A stretch of 63,956 nucleotides of DNA, the filler included, from Platydemus manokwari (taxonomy: Eukaryota): assembly GCA_037951405.1 (NCBI GenBank). It is 5 parts of 5 records of this genome, joined end to end, with 100 filler letters (N's around TTAATTAATTAA, not from the genome) between each part and the next. Parts side by side here need not be neighbours in the genome. Positions count along the whole stretch, not along the records: positions 10,721 to 21,347 come from JBBMOY011118441.1; positions 21,448 to 38,840 come from JBBMOY011100331.1; 3 more parts are not named here. One strand, written 5' to 3'. The translations under genes were made by a program, and so were the position numbers. How positions within the stretch are numbered: the stretch's first letter is position 1; every line of letters starts with the position of its first letter. Of this stretch, positions 12,677 to 25,502 are shown in pieces. The notes below the pieces were generated by a model. It searched no databases. It was not told the origin of the DNA and was given only the letters and a program-made list of their open reading frames with translations.

Positions 12677-13520
12677 AGTAATAGAATGAGCAAAAATATC
12701 AATTGTTCCCATCAAAATCACACGCGTTTATTCAAATATTTAAACAAATCTAAAATATATCTAACTTCCCTCTCCTGTAGTTTTTGAGATCTTTTTAAGA
12801 AACTACATTCTTCGACGTTTTGGCTGTCCGTAGAAATCAAGAAGTACTTGATGTGGTATTAAAAATTTCAAAATTCTGTGAGGATATTCCTTCTTCACTA
12901 AAACTTCTTCACCAAACCCGAAAATTTTATGACCTCATTTTTCAGCATCGATTTTAACTGGTTTTCCGATTAATTGATGATCTGGTCTTGGTGACCGGGT
13001 TCATTTAATTGCAACCCATGCAAATTGATTCGTCGTCCAAATAATATTTCAAAATGTGAATGTCGAATTGAACTCTGATATGTTGCATCGATGATAAATT
13101 CTATCCGAGTTATTAATTTATCTCAATGTTGCTACCACGATGTCTCGGGCCGTCCTAATCATCCTTTTGGCTAAGCCATTTGCTTGGTGTTGGTATGGTG
13201 AATAAATCCCTGGTTTATCGTATCGCTATTTATCTAACTGAATGCGTTCTTGAACCCAGTAAAGAGCCAACTACTTAGTTATGCTTTCGATGTTTAATAC
13301 TGATGAGAAGATAATTACATAACCGCTGTATCGATAGATTGACTATTGAAATTGTTAGTTAGCATTTTTTTATTAACAACTTCAAGATTAAATAATTTTT
13401 TTTTAAATAGATAAGAATAAATTTAATTCAGTAAAAACGCCACCCAATTTCATAAATATTTATCATTTCAAAAGCACACGTCATTCAGAATATTTAAACA
13501 AATCTAAGATTTATCTAAAA
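12677..13520 (-). mobile_element. Short-LTR Gypsy-like remnant: LTR (13430-13520), integrase fragment, PPT, LTR (12677-12766)
   Basis: Two ~90-bp direct repeats. Minus-strand integrase-core motif YSPYQHQANGLAKRMIRT near 13205-13152. Polypurine tract AGGAGAGGGA immediately precedes the AGTTAGATA...TATTACT LTR. Confidence 0.65.
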
Positions 13521-15043
13521 ATTTCGAAAACCAATAATTTGAATTTAAAATAAAATCCAAAGGTATTTTGATAACAAGTCTTTAAATTTGAGATATTAAT
13601 TGTATCTCTTATATCAAATTCACATCTATGATCAATTTTTAATAATACGAGCGCTAACAAATCGAATAAAAATATATTTAACTCCAAATCATAAAATAGT
13701 AACGAAAAATTCCCATATTATTTTATATATCTTTGTTTACAAGAATTTTCGACTTAATTTCCCAAGATTGATTGATGGCTATTTTGACAAGCAAAAAAGA
13801 TCAGACTTCCATTTAGATATTTAGGAAAAATGAAAATTTATTAGCGAAGAAATGTGATTGATTCATTTATAAAACCCTCAACGCTGACCCGTTAAGGAGA
13901 AAATATTTGATCAACTACAAGCTACCAAAAAACAATTTCAAATATTTGATACAAGATTTCTAATTTATCATTTTTTTCTTCACCAAGCTTAACTCGACAA
14001 GCGATAATGACGTCATCACAATAAATTTTATTATTATGAATCGATATTTTATTTATTGACATACATAAATGTAACAGCCAACGATAGCTTGTTTCAATGA
14101 AATTTACCGAAAACAGTTTAAATAAAATGTCAAATCAAAACTGTCGAAATTTTCATCAATAAGAAACAATTCGAAAAATTATCAAAAATTATGAACAATT
14201 ATTTTGACATTCCTCACTAATTATATCAAATATAAAAGAAGAATAGCGATTTTTTTCGGTTTTCGAAGAATAAATGATGTCTTTTTCAAATAAACAACGT
14301 AAATTTTATTTTTAACTGATGGTAATAATAATAAAAATGTTAATTATAATGATTTTAACGATAATATGATAAATAAATGCATATATTCGTGAAGAATATG
14401 CATAAATGAAACCAAAACTAAGTAACTAGTTCAGTAAGTGGATCGTATTATAAAATATGACACCAAAGAAATAATAAAATATTAGATTGAATACCAAGAA
14501 ATAACCACAAATCATATCAATCGATGGACTATCAGTTGAGACAATCAATCAATTCAATCACCAAACCAAAATAACCCGTCATATAATAATAATAATGAAT
14601 AATAATAACAATCGTTAATAATAATTATAATTCATTATAAAAATTAATCTCTTACTTTTCATCCATTTTAATCATTTCATTTTCCGTCTGCAATATCCTC
14701 TTCAATTTCAAATCCAATTCTGGAAAATCAGCTAGAAATGCAAATTAATCCGATATTAATCAAAACAACAAAGAAAATTTAAAAATAACACAACCATTAT
14801 ACATAAAGGAAATATTTGTGTTTAATCGATATGTTTAAATTTTTAGAGTTGGGATTGAAGAACATCTGTCCAGGATATTATTGACAACAAATTCATGAAC
14901 AATAATAAAAATTATTATTACTATTAATTATTATTAAAGAAATTATTTTAAAATAATAGATTATATGATAAAAATCTATCAGTTCGAAAATTCTGAAAAA
15001 TCAAAATCTTCAAAAATAAAATTTATAAATAAAAATCAATTTT

Positions 15044-15611
15044 CGGTTAAAGTTAAGAAAAGGAGTCCTAAAATAAAATTTTAAATTTGTTGGGCGTATT
15101 TCAAAATTCTATATAGTTTATTTAATTATATTCTTTAAAAACGTTTTGAATTTTTTATTGAAGTACTTAAGAAGAATTTTAGTTGTTCGAAATCAAATAT
15201 TAAATACATTAGAGCTTAAAAGTCCCCTGAAATTTATTGTTTGAAAAAATTTAAAAAAAGGTAGAATTGCAATTTATTGAAAATTAGCGAGGACCCCTTT
15301 TTAACATTAGAAGCAAATTGAGAGATATTCTCAATTTTTACAATTAATTTATAAAATAAGCAATGATATTATAAAACATGTCTGTAATTAACTTACTCGA
15401 TTTATAAAGAAAGTTTAAATTTAAAAACTCAAATAATCACATAGAAATATTGTGATTAGAATAAGAACTTGGTTTTAAAACTATGTTTTGTCACTATTAG
15501 ACATCCTAAAACCTGAGATATTAAATGAATTATTCGAATAAATCAAACATAGTAGTTATACATAAAATGAAGTTATAAAATTATCCCATGTCCTTTTCTT
15601 AACTTAAGCCC
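15044..15611. mobile_element. PIF/Harbinger-like MITE with TIR GGGCTTAAGTTAAGAAAAGG
   Basis: Left CGGTTAAAGTTAAGAAAAGGA and right TCCTTTTCTTAACTTAAGCCC are inverted repeats. Internal 15160-15330 matches 51250-51420 in reverse. The superfamily call rests only on the GGGC TIR start and A/T 3-bp flanks. Confidence 0.65.
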
Positions 15612-16654
15612 AAAATTGAGCGGTATTTAACTAATCGAGAAAGATATCGACTTTAAAATTTTGATCTTATCACAGCCATTTGAAATAATATCACTGTAAA
15701 AATAAATTAACTAGATATTCGAATAAATGTTTCAAAAATATTTCTTGGAAACATCAAAATAGATAATCGTGGCTTTTGCATCTCCAAAACAAACTCAAAA
15801 TTGGAAAAAAGTCTTGATTTGGTTTCCCGCTTCATTATTATCAAATAAATTTTTTTTAAAAAGTAGTAATAGATTCATTGAAAATATAATGAGAGAGTAA
15901 TAACAATATGTGTTATGATAAAAAATTTATAAATAATTATTCCCTCAACCTTTCAACAATAATTTTAACTGGATACATAGAATCGAATGGGTATTTTTGA
16001 GATTAAATATTTCATAATCGACCCAAAAATAATCCCACTGATGTGTCAATATTAAACCATGAGACACGGGAAATAAAAGTAAATAAAACCTCATTGATTT
16101 CTTGAATAATAATTTTTGTCTCTGAACTCCAACACCAATCGAAACCAGTGAAGTAATTTTTTGTCTTTTAAATTAATAAATAAATAAAAAGTTTATCTCT
16201 AAACCAAAGAAAATCTTGACAGCTGGTAAATTTTTATTTCAATGGAACTCATTCGAAAATTTAGATAAAAAAAACTATATTTCAAAGCAAAAGAATTTTT
16301 TCTCGTTTTTATCTGTTTATGTGACGTAAAAGGAAATATCAATTAGCAAATACTTTTCAGATCGATTTTTTGTGAAATTTTCTTTATTTCTTTGAAGATT
16401 AAAAGAAAATATTTTACTTTACAAGTTTTTTTTACAGGTAAATTTCGTATATCTGTTTGGTGAAGTTTTTTTGTATTAATTTCAAATTCTTAATTAATTA
16501 TAAAAATTTTAAAATTATATATTTATATTTATAAGCTATGAGCATATTAAAATTGGATTAAATTTTTATAGATTAAATTTCTTATAAAGTTTAAATATGT
16601 ATAGAATTTAATTTTATTTAATTTTAATATTGATTTGTTTATTGATTTATTTGA

Positions 16655-17137
16655 ATACATTTTTATTGTCGTGTCTTTTCAGTTCGTTTATAATGTGTGG
16701 TTTTTAAAAATAGTAGTGGTTAACATGGCGACTACACATCTGGATTCGATTCTGAGAAGATCAATGACTGTAGATTATGGATAAGAAGGAAGAAGAGGTT
16801 GAGACCATATAGAGGATATACAAAGAAGATGTAGATTAGATATAAAGAAGATATATAGAGAAGACATGAAGAAAATGTAGAGAAGATATAATAAAGACAA
16901 AAGAATTGGAGATTTGTACATAGATAAATATGTAGAATATTCGATACAATGTCATTAAAGACGACAAAGAAAATCAAAGATTTTGAAGTAAGGGGATGTA
17001 AGAATATTAAAATGGAATTATTTTTTTACACATTTAATTTTGTATAACGCTTAATTTTGTATAAAATACATTTTTATTGTCGTGTCTTTTCATTTCGTCT
17101 TTTAATGGGGTTTTGAAAATCATATCGGGTAACATAC
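16655..17137 (+). repeat. Purine-rich segment flanked by ~70-bp imperfect direct repeats
   Basis: ATACATTTTTATTGTCGTGTCTTTTCA.TTCGT.T..AATG..G.TTT..AAAAT....GG.TAACAT at 16655-16726 and 17067-17136; a third diverged copy lies at ~21762-21820. Confidence 0.6.
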
Positions 17138-17242
17138 GTATTTGTATTTATAAATTTAAGGATGTACATTTCAGAAATTAAACTTTGCTTAAGAAATAAT
17201 CTAGAGATTCATAAATGAATTTTATCCATTTTTAATAATTAT

Positions 17243-18150
17243 CCCTTCGCCATTGACTTCCACCCCAGGAGGTCTATTTCCTAAATGTAGATTATATATA
17301 TATTACCTCAGAATATTTGCCTCGATGTACTCATTTCATTTCACCAACAAAAAGTACACTATTTTCAATATAGCAGAGTGTATGAAGAATATTTCAAATC
17401 GATATAGTTAACACTTTTCGTAGAGAAAATATTTAAGAACTTTCGTTGAGTTATGTATTGCGATGCACTTCGAAAATTCCATCTGAACGTTGGTGTCAGA
17501 AATTAATTGTGAAGGTTATAGTGTGTATTTTAGACGTTCTATGAGGTTAAACAAGTGCAACGTCATTTTTCTTGCTTTTAATCGATCTTCTCTTATGACA
17601 GTTGATTTATGTATCATGAATGGCTGTACAGGAGCTAAAACAAGTTTGTAACAAGCAAAGATTGATACTAAAGATTGATAAAAAATCACAAATAGTTAAG
17701 CAGATAGAATAGAACCACAACAGAGCATATGTACTGCTCTTGTGAAATTCCAAACAACAATACTAACTTTGTGCGAAATCCATAATTTTATATTTAATAC
17801 CAGTGAACTTCGCTAATGAGTGCCTTGATAAAGCAATAAAGTATCCACTAGATTTTATTTTTTTCTGCTTTAATGGATATCATATTTATTTCATATTGAC
17901 CACTATTATTGCATCATAAGGTGGAAACCAATTCGAATAAAAGCATTGAGTGATAACGTTTCGTTGCGGCTACAACAATATCGGTACTCTTTATTCCCCT
18001 ACTGCAGGACTGATGTCTTGTCAAAGGATTTTTCATTCAATTGGCCTTGCTATGACCCATGCTGGCTCATTAGGAATCGATGCAGACCTTCTATTTGACT
18101 ACCAAAAAATATTCCTTCAGTTCCAAAGCAACAAATATAAGGTTTTTCTT
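17243..18150 (-). mobile_element. Possible decayed piggyBac transposase remnant
   Basis: Minus-strand patches resembling piggyBac motifs occur in the expected order (FGTEGIFF; CFYSNWF; VSIVVWN..RAVHM; MEFSKCIAIHN) with a CCCTT terminus at ~17243; heavily disrupted. Confidence 0.3.
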
Positions 18151-18807
18151 TTTCCATTAATAAATAAATAACTTTTAATTGCAAATTTCTTAATCAATAA
18201 CAAAAGTCGGAAAACTATTTCAGAAATTAACAAAAACTCATCGGTAGTTAATTAATGATTGGCAATTTAAAAATCCTCTAATTTAATTCGAAGAAAATCT
18301 CCGATTATTTTTTTCATATATTTATTGAAGTTATTGATGTGTGCCGCTAGATAATGCAAACATATTGTTTGTCAATATATGGATGATGAAGTGATAATTG
18401 AAATTAAAAATCACAATAAATAGAAAGCTGATTTATTGATTGTAATTGTCGCTTTAAAGATTCATTAAAAACAAAAGATATTTTATTAAGTTGAAGAAAG
18501 CTTTTACTATTATTATTAATAATATTATTATTAATATTATTATTATTATTATTGTAAGCTAGATTCGTAAATGGAAATATGAATATGGTATGTATGATAT
18601 ATGTATGCTATTCGATTGCTTTTTTATTATTGATTGCGCAATTGTCAGTCGCTACAATTCCATAAACCTCCCAAGTCGTTATTACATCATCAATAATAAT
18701 ATCTTAATTGTGTTAAATAAATCATTCCCTATAAAAAGACATTTCTTAAAATCATTATTTTATTATTATTATCACTATTATTTTTATTAACATTATTATT
18801 ATTCTTA

Positions 18808-18957
18808 NNNNNNNNNNNNNNNNNNNNNNNNNNNNNNNNNNNNNNNNNNNNNNNNNNNNNNNNNNNNNNNNNNNNNNNNNNNNNNNNNNNNNNNNNNNNN
18901 NNNNNNNNNNNNNNNNNNNNNNNNNNNNNNNNNNNNNNNNNNNNNNNNNNNNNNNNN
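18808..18957. other. Assembly gap (150 N)
   Basis: Plain N run without the linker 12-mer. Confidence 0.95.
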
Positions 18958-21347
18958 GATATTGAAGCTATTTCTATGGATTTTAGATTTAAAATGTTGA
19001 GGTTGGAATAGTTTTATTGATGTATCATTTTCGTTCCAACGTCGTATGTATGTCTGTTGACGGCAATTTTCTAGTATTCTTATTTTCAACATCTGAGAAG
19101 CCTGAATAGACTGATATGGAATCAATAGATGACAGACAAGATTTATTGGATTACATATGCTTAATTATAGAAATGGTGTCTAAAGGTTTTTGATTGTTGT
19201 TTGAAATAAGGGGTTATTAGCTAATATAGATAGATCTGATGATTATTGGTTAGGCTTTTGTTCAGGCAAAAAACTTTGAGTTGACAGGTTTTTTTTTGTG
19301 TTTTTCATTGTCACGGAACATATGACACAGGACAACATTTATAGTTTAGACGTTGATGGGTTTTGACTAGTTTTTAGGGAATGACTTTGTTCTCACAAAT
19401 TATCTTAGTGTTATTAGGGATAATAAATGAGTCATGCAACAAATAGGATAGCGGAAAATGGATTTTGTTATTGCCAATTTTGAAAGGATCGAATAATTTA
19501 CCAAAATTTACAGACAACTAAAGCAGTTGCAGTTTAAAGCATTTAATATGTTGTAGGGTTTCAAACGCAAAGGAAGATTTGGGATTGTTTGAAGTACAAC
19601 GAAGGACTGATTAATAGATCAAATCTAATTTACTACAGAATTATGATAAAACATCAAAACTAAATTTACATTTACTAAAACAACTCGAAAACAAGTCCAA
19701 ACGAAGAATATGTAAAAGGTTACCAAACATAAAATGATAGTTATCTATTGGTTGTTTACTGATCTCAATTCTGTATGTATCAACCGATGTCTTGTGCATT
19801 GATTTTTATGGAGTGTTTTGATTGGAGGATTATCTTAATGTTTCATCGACGTTGGCCCATTTGATGTTTCATTTCAGTAAGCATGCATCAATAAAAAACT
19901 AATGTAGAACATTGAGGTGCAACACAGTAATTTAAAGTTAATCTCACTAATACAAATAAAATGAAAGGTCGAAACCCATTTAAGAAAATCAATAGAAAAA
20001 TAATTTAAAATATAAACATTTATTACCAATAATGGAACTAGAATATACTGGAACTGGTATGCATAATACTTCCTCATAAGATCATAAGCTAAGTTTTGAT
20101 ATGAAATATTACATGCGACTTATCGACGTAACGCATAAAATAATAAGTGAAACATAAATATTATTATTTGTTTTATGCACTATCTATAGAAATAAGGGTT
20201 TCTCCATATTCATTACAGTAGCCAGAGTTTTGAGTCTTTTTATCCTACTCTAACAAAATTTAAATTTTGGTGTTTCATCCCCATATATTAAGCGATACGT
20301 GTAGTACTCATGTATCTCAAACCAATCTGTTTGAATTTTTAGATCCTTTATTTGCTACTTAGTAGAAGGCTTAATTGAGATATTTTTGCAATTTCGAATA
20401 AATAAGTTTTTCTCAGTTATTAAATTTTCCACCGGTTATTATCATTGATAATATTATACCAGATATGAAACTAATGATAACAGAACAATTTAACTTGCCA
20501 ACATGTATTCCGATAGTAAACCGACAATTTAGAAGAATTCAAACCCTAGAAAATTTCACTCACAAATTCTATTTATATTATTTTAAATACCTTTAGGTTA
20601 TTTTATAACTTTCTATCCACAATTATAATTATTTTTAGTATTTTTATTATTTTTATTATTGTTAATATTATTATTATTATTATTAATATTAAGTTTGTCA
20701 CCATCAGCAAACTTAAATAATTATTAAACCGACTCTGTTACCCTTTAAATCCACATTGTTTTATAACAATGATATTATCAAATAAACACAGAGAATAAGT
20801 AGCCAAATATAAAATATCTGTTGAAGATTAATTGAACCCATTGAAGTATTCTTTTATTAGTACACCTTTCAAACTATAGTGTTCATAATAAATTTACCTT
20901 TAATAATGACAATATTCGTTATACTTATTCTCTATCATCTTTTTTTTCTGCTTATTTACCTCTAATATGAAAACTTAACAGCTACATTGAAAATATATAA
21001 AAAACCTGTCATCACTATTTTGCTTGGTTATTTATATTAATTTTCTTATAAATGTTTTCGAATTATTATTTATTATTTTTTAATAATTATTATTCTCAGG
21101 CCAACCCATTCAGCATCCACAAAATAAGGGCTTTGGTTTTCATTAATTAGTAATAAAACATGGTTTAAGTGATCTCTGTATTCTCAATTAATTACAATTA
21201 ATATTTTTTAGAAAACAGAAAATTTATGTGCATAGCAAATTTTATTATATACGGATTTTTATTCTATTCAATTGATTCGAGGTATTATTTATATTTTAAA
21301 CTTCATAGATGTATTATATGGACTTATTATTATTTTTTTTAATTATT

Positions 21348-21447
21348 NNNNNNNNNNNNNNNNNNNNNNNNNNNNNNNNNNNNNNNNNNNNTTAATTAAT
21401 TAANNNNNNNNNNNNNNNNNNNNNNNNNNNNNNNNNNNNNNNNNNNN
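21348..21447. other. Artificial contig spacer
   Basis: 44N-TTAATTAATTAA-44N. Confidence 0.95.
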
Positions 21448-21703
21448 CAACAAATATTGACAATTTTTATTAAAATAAAACCAACAATTTAAAAATTATT
21501 TATTGAGATACAACAAAATTTGTATATTCCTCGCCAATTAAAAAATATCTTGGCATAGAAATATCATTGAAGATCCAAATATCGCTGTAAAAATTGTCGA
21601 GGAATGTTTTGAAAATGCCAAATATAGTAGCGAGGATCGAAGACATGGTTACAAAATTGACTTTAAAATTGGGTCAAAGGACCCTTTTTCTTAACTTAAG
21701 CCC
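21448..21703. mobile_element. Harbinger-like MITE terminus (same family as 15044 and 50537)
   Basis: Reverse-complement match to 50537-50900 with an internal deletion; ends in CTTTTTCTTAACTTAAGCCC. Confidence 0.75.
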
Positions 21704-21965
21704 AAATTTTATATTAAATATTATATTAATTTGTTTATAATTGCATTTAATATATAATTTAGTGTAGTGACTTTTCAGGTCGCTTTTAACGCGTATTTTA
21801 TGAAACAGCAGTGGCTTACAATTAGAATATTAGTTAGAATGTGAATTAATATTTGAAATGAATGAAGGGTCCTATTTGATGAAATTAATATTACACAATA
21901 TCCATAATCATGTTATATAGCTTCATTTTCGTTTGTTCTACTGAGCCAGTTTAATTTTCTTTTCT

Positions 21966-23796
21966 ATGAAATTCAAAAACAGTGAAAATAAAATTATTGA
22001 AATCCCTGTTTTAAAGAATGACAACATCGTTAAGATTAAAATGGAACTTAGTAAGGTTACTAACATAAGTCCTAAGAAAATGAAATTAATTTTGGAATGC
22101 AATTTTTTAAATGATAATTCATTTATTAGCGATTTTGGTCAAATAAGTTTGCCTATAATTTATTGCTATGATACTTCAGATACGCCAAAGTGAATATTTT
22201 TTTAATATTTTTGCCTAAAATAATTTTATCAATAGCATAATCTTAAAAGTTCAAGGCTGCGAAGGACTCCCTGAATATATCCAAATTGATCATAACCATG
22301 CAGTGAAAGATATTAAAGATATTTTACAAAATGTTTGTCATAGTTATGATAATAATTATTTTATTTATAATAATGCTGGTGATCGTCTTCACGATGGTAG
22401 TGTTTTGAGCGAAATTGGTTTAGTTGATTATTCGATAATTTTGGTTTATCATGAGTAAGTCAAAATAATTTCATTGATTAAAAAAATCGATAAAGATATT
22501 TAATTGAAATTGATTTTTAAATGTGTTTACAGATCACATTTAGATGGTCGGTTATCATTAGAACCTATGCTTCGAAATCATGAAACAATACAAGTTAATT
22601 ACTGTATAGAAGACAGCATTGAAATTTTGAAAGCGAATATATCGGAACTAATCAAACACAATGTGGATAGTTTCGTCTTGTTTTACGATGATGTTTGTTT
22701 GGATGACAGCAGGAAATTATTGCATTATTCCCTGAAAAAAATTCCTTTCACAATATCTTATGTTCTCCTTCTGAGGTGACATTTTTAATGGCTTTTCTCT
22801 CCATTAACATGGTTGAAAATCGTTTGTAGTTTGACTGATTTAGAAGATCCACATTTTATCGCTCGTGGGAGAATCGCTAAGATTTATACATACAAAACTC
22901 GCACGACTGATGAAATTTTCGCTGTCAAGCGATACCATTTGACAGACCAAGGCAAATTGCAAAATTTCCAAGCAGTTATCAAGGAAATGATTCATATTTC
23001 ATATTTGCAAGATCATGACAACATTATTCGAATACTGAATTACTATAAAAATGAAAAACATTTCTTTATCGCCATGGAGTTTTTGAATCAGGTTAATTGG
23101 TTTCACTGTTCAATTATTCTCCATTCATTCTATGTTTTCATCTGATAGCGATCTCTCCGAGATTATCTCGACACCAATGACAAACGACCTTTGCCGGAAA
23201 GTCGTATTTTACCCATATGCAAAAAAGTGCTTCTTGGTCTGGAATTCATTCATTCTCGGAAAGTAATCCACTGTGACATCAAATGTTCGCACGTACTTCC
23301 ATTTGAATTTTGAAATTTTATCGTTTGTAGGCAGCAAAATTCTTCTCGGACAAAATGACAGCATCAAGATTTCTGGATTTGGTTTGTCGAAATATTTACG
23401 AGATTACGACAGCGATAATATTTTGAGCGGTATTCAAACAAAGGAAGGCTCTCGTAACTTCTTGTACAATTGGACAGCTCCAGAAATCATTGCTAGAGAG
23501 CCATTTGGAACAAAGGTTGACATTTGGTCATTTGGTGCAATGGTAATCGAATTGGTTACAGGTTTTATCGTGTTTCATTATTTCCGTGTTGACACTCTTC
23601 AGGTTACCCACCATATTGGAAATTGCACCATTTTGAACTCCTCAAAAAAGTCACACAAGATAGAACGATTTTCTATCAACCAACACAGCCAATCTCTGAC
23701 GGACTTTCAGATTTCATTGGTGCTTGTCTTCAGCATGCTGATCAGCGCCCAACAGCCAGTAGTCTCGTCAACCACGATTTTCTTGCTATCCGGTGA
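21966..23796 (+). CDS. Three tandem ubiquitin-like domains fused to a STE/MAP3K-like protein (pseudo)kinase, ~502 aa, 7 exons
   Basis: Exons 21966-22189, 22236-22454, 22533-22775, 22830-23091, 23149-23284, 23331-23561, 23603-23796 are all GT-AG and give one continuous frame of 1509 nt. Exons 1-3 each read as a UBL (D.I..IK..L...KLI..C..L.D). Kinase motifs: FAVK, KE, HCDIKCSK, SGFG, WTAPE, DIWSFG, QRPTA. An additional upstream exon cannot be excluded. Confidence 0.85.
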
Positions 23797-25502
23797 CATG
23801 CAAACAGTATTGATTTGCCAAGTGCTTGTGTGTGTATTACGTGATTGTGAACACATTAGTGATTAATTGAAAATTTTGAAGAAAAATATATTTTCGGTTT
23901 TATTAAACTTTATAATATCTATGATCGAGTCTGGCAATTTTGCTTGGATTTCTTTAGCTTCCTGGTTAAATAATTTATGCATGCAACGGTGCTTCCGACT
24001 TTTCCCTGTATCTTAAAAAATATATAATTAATTTAGAAAATCATTTGTATTACTTTAAATCAATTTTTACATAATATGAACGCGCTCACTCAATTATTCT
24101 AACTGTCGTTAATCCAATTACAATTATTCAATAAACACTAAATTATGTATGTTACTGATGCTTGATAAAATAATTACTTTTTTGTTTATTCGATTTAATT
24201 TTTTTTATTTATCAATTTTAACACTATAATTTTTATTAAAAATAGTATTTTATATATAAAATTTAACATAATCATTGTTTTTGTTTATTAAAGTAAATAT
24301 TTTATTAATCACAGTTAAGATAATTATTACTTTAATTATTTGTTTTAATATTATTTTTGTTTATTTATTATAGTTAATATTTTTTTATCTTTATTATATA
24401 ATAACATTTTAATCACATTTATTAATTTTATTTATTTTGAATTTATTTTATCAATGAGATTAATTTTTATTTCAAAATAAATCAGCTTTTTTCATTTTTT
24501 ATTCATAATTGACCTAAAATTTTAAAAAAAAGATCAAGAATGTGCAATGTTTGGATTCCACAATTTCAAAATCATTGTTGCATTTCTCAGCATTAGTTAG
24601 CGTTAGTTCGTGCTGTTTTGATTGGTGTTAAAATTTCATTTGTTGAGTTGAAGTAATTTTCGTTTATAAATTTATCAGTGTGTACGTCGGTGTGATCTAC
24701 CTGTTCAAATTACCATTGTGATCGTAGCTCGCACCAGTATTCCACTCTTAATCTGTAATTTTTGGTGGACTGCCAAATTAATGAATGATGCCTGTGAAAA
24801 ATTAAAGTCAATATAATGATTAGTTTTTCTCCAATAAAATTTAAAATTACAGATATTTTCTTATCTTCTGCACGTTGTCATCGAAACAATAGTAGTGAAT
24901 TTCAATACTAACTTACCCTTTGTTTCTTTTTTCAGTAAACATTAGAAATATACTTTTTTCGTAGGCTATTAGATATCAATTTGGATCATAATGGTCATAT
25001 TCTATTAAAATTATCTCATATGAGTTATGAATAACAAAGATTTCATAATTTTACATATGGATTTTAGTAAGTTAGCTCTTTAAAATTATGTCCTTCTTTG
25101 TGTCCGAGTTTTGTGTTAACTTTAAGCTTTAATTCATAGTGCAATCTACATGAAACACTAGTAAATTGATCTATTTGAATCTTGTTTCTAACATCCTTTG
25201 CCTGGATGTGAGCTGTTTGTAGAGAGTCTGACCATTTATACAATTTCCTATGTAATTCCCATTTGATATATAATTTAATAAAAAAGTTTTCGGAAAAACC
25301 TTATGAAAAATATTTTATCTATCTAAATCAAAAAAACATCTCGAAAATAATAACAATAAATAACGAAATGAATTCATATAATAATGAAATTCACATTGTT
25401 CATTATAAAATAAAAATTCACACTAAAATATAAATTCATAATATAAAAATCAATTAATTTGAAAAAGTGTATTAAAATAATATCCTGAAAATGATCCATC
25501 AC

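Noticed and set aside
18505-18555. (TAT)n low-complexity tracts here and near 14580 and 20640
   Set aside because: Ordinary AT-rich microsatellites.
18958-20960. Faint LINE RT-like patches (LLPILK, ILVPLL)
   Set aside because: Too decayed to set boundaries or family with confidence.
23900-24930. Scattered minus-strand splice-like signals and short open frames
   Set aside because: I could not assemble a continuous frame or recognise a domain.
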